Positions 16,717 through 17,525 of a DNA stretch of 17,525 nucleotides are shown one piece after another. The translations under genes were made by a program, and so were the position numbers. Each line of letters opens with the position of its first letter. The stretch's first letter is position 1. The stretch spans positions 1 to 17,525 of the forward strand of contig JBHIAI010000028.1 in assembly GCA_046861655.1 (NCBI GenBank). Reading direction: 5' to 3'. Origin of the DNA: Fidelibacterota bacterium (lineage in GTDB: Bacteria; Fidelibacterota; Marinisomatia; Marinisomatales; S15-B10). Under the pieces are notes generated by a model. The model searched no databases. It saw only the letters and a program-made list of their open reading frames with translations, and was not told the origin of the DNA.

Positions 16717-17525
16717 GTGTCAGATCTGTCGAAACGGTTTCGTGACCATGTTATCTCAAGCGCGATCATTCCGTCCGGATCCCGGGGGCTGGTGGCAGTA
16801 TCCGGAGGCGTCGACTCTGTCGTCCTTCTTCATCTCCTCATGGGGTGTGCCGGGACCCTGGGATTGAGTCTTGCCGTAGCCCACTATAATCACGGAACCC
16901 GGGGTACAGATTCGAACAATGATGAAGGGTTCGTGAGAGATCTGGCCGGGAAATGGGGACTGGTATGTCACTGTGGCAGGATGGAGAATAAACCGGCGGC
17001 CCGGAGGGAAAGCTGGGAAGCCCTGGCCCGGGACCGCAGGTATCGTTTCCTGGCATCGGTGAGAAAGGAACACGGGTACGACTGGATTGCCACGGGACAT
17101 CAAGGGGATGATCAGATAGAAACTCTTATCATGCGATTGGTGGAAGGATCGGGAATTCACGGATTGAAGGGAATACCCTCCAGGCGGGGGTCCCTGGTGA
17201 GACCGTTACTCCCCTTTACCCGCGGCGAGATCAAAGCCCATGCGGCCAGGCATAAACTGGAATTTCGAGAGGATTCCACCAACCAGGATATTTCCATCCC
17301 CAGGAATTTTGTCCGTCACCGTATCGTCCCCCATCTGCGTGAACTGAATCCCTCTCTCACCACCGCCGTATCCAGGCTTGTGAAGAATGTAGAAGAGGTG
17401 AATACGTTCCTGGGGAGAGAATTGGACAGGCATGAGGCCCGGGTCGTTTCCTCTGTTTCCGGGGAGATGAGCGAACTCGACGCGAAAGGCCTCGCAGAGA
17501 ATCTTGACGGTGTTGGTGTCGGTGT
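16717..17525 (+). CDS. tilS: tRNA(Ile)-lysidine synthetase TilS, 3'-truncated by the window edge
   Basis: Translated by hand from GTG 16717 (in-frame TAG at 16708-16710 upstream): PP-loop VAVSGGVDS, AHYNHG.R, EALARDRRY, ATGHQGDDQIET, RPLL, EDSTN and RNFVRH. The frame is open to the window end, so it is absent from the ORF track. Confidence 0.96.
   Translation, partial: MSDLSKRFRDHVISSAIIPSGSRGLVAVSGGVDSVVLLHLLMGCAGTLGLSLAVAHYNHGTRGTDSNNDEGFVRDLAGKWGLVCHCGRMENKPAARRESWEALARDRRYRFLASVRKEHGYDWIATGHQGDDQIETLIMRLVEGSGIHGLKGIPSRRGSLVRPLLPFTRGEIKAHAARHKLEFREDSTNQDISIPRNFVRHRIVPHLRELNPSLTTAVSRLVKNVEEVNTFLGRELDRHEARVVSSVSGEMSELDAKGLAENLDGVGVG

Noticed and set aside
16756..17433. Minus-strand ORFs 16756-17160, 16838-17056 and 17206-17433 as the coding content of the 3' end
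   Set aside because: The + strand frame here encodes clear TilS motifs, so these are shadows.
1..17525. tRNA, rRNA, CRISPR, IS/transposase, prophage or defence genes
   Set aside because: Intergenic gaps are at most 136 nt, and I saw no cloverleaf, repeat-spacer array, terminal repeats or mobile-element ORFs.

Overview
A bacterial window in which every supportable gene lies on the + strand, tightly packed: dprA (5'-truncated), nrnA-like DHH phosphoesterase, ispH, pdxS, pdxT, dxs, cstA, acyl-CoA mutase large subunit, ccmE, ccmF, a small CcmI-N-like ORF, ccmA, ccmB, ccmC, a small ccmD-like ORF (not in the ORF track), an archaeal-type (type II) GAPDH-like dehydrogenase, metF and tilS (3'-truncated, not in the ORF track). 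I found no RNA genes, mobile elements or CRISPR arrays. The content is mostly housekeeping and cofactor metabolism, and the interest lies in variant enzymes. (i) The mutase has the Phe/Gln signature of isobutyryl-CoA mutase (IcmA), not the Tyr/Arg of methylmalonyl-CoA mutase. (ii) The ccm cluster is the System I* variant (CcmE with CxxxY, no CcmG/CcmH in the cluster). (iii) A divergent type II GAPDH-like enzyme (SCNTH) is coupled to the ccm cluster. (iv) DXS has Tyr in place of the conserved His equivalent to E. coli H299. (v) The 136-nt gap before metF holds hairpins and short ORFs, including a Met-Met peptide with a strong Shine-Dalgarno (SD) site. I see no unambiguous novel multi-gene system. 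All calls come from motif recognition by eye, with no database searches.
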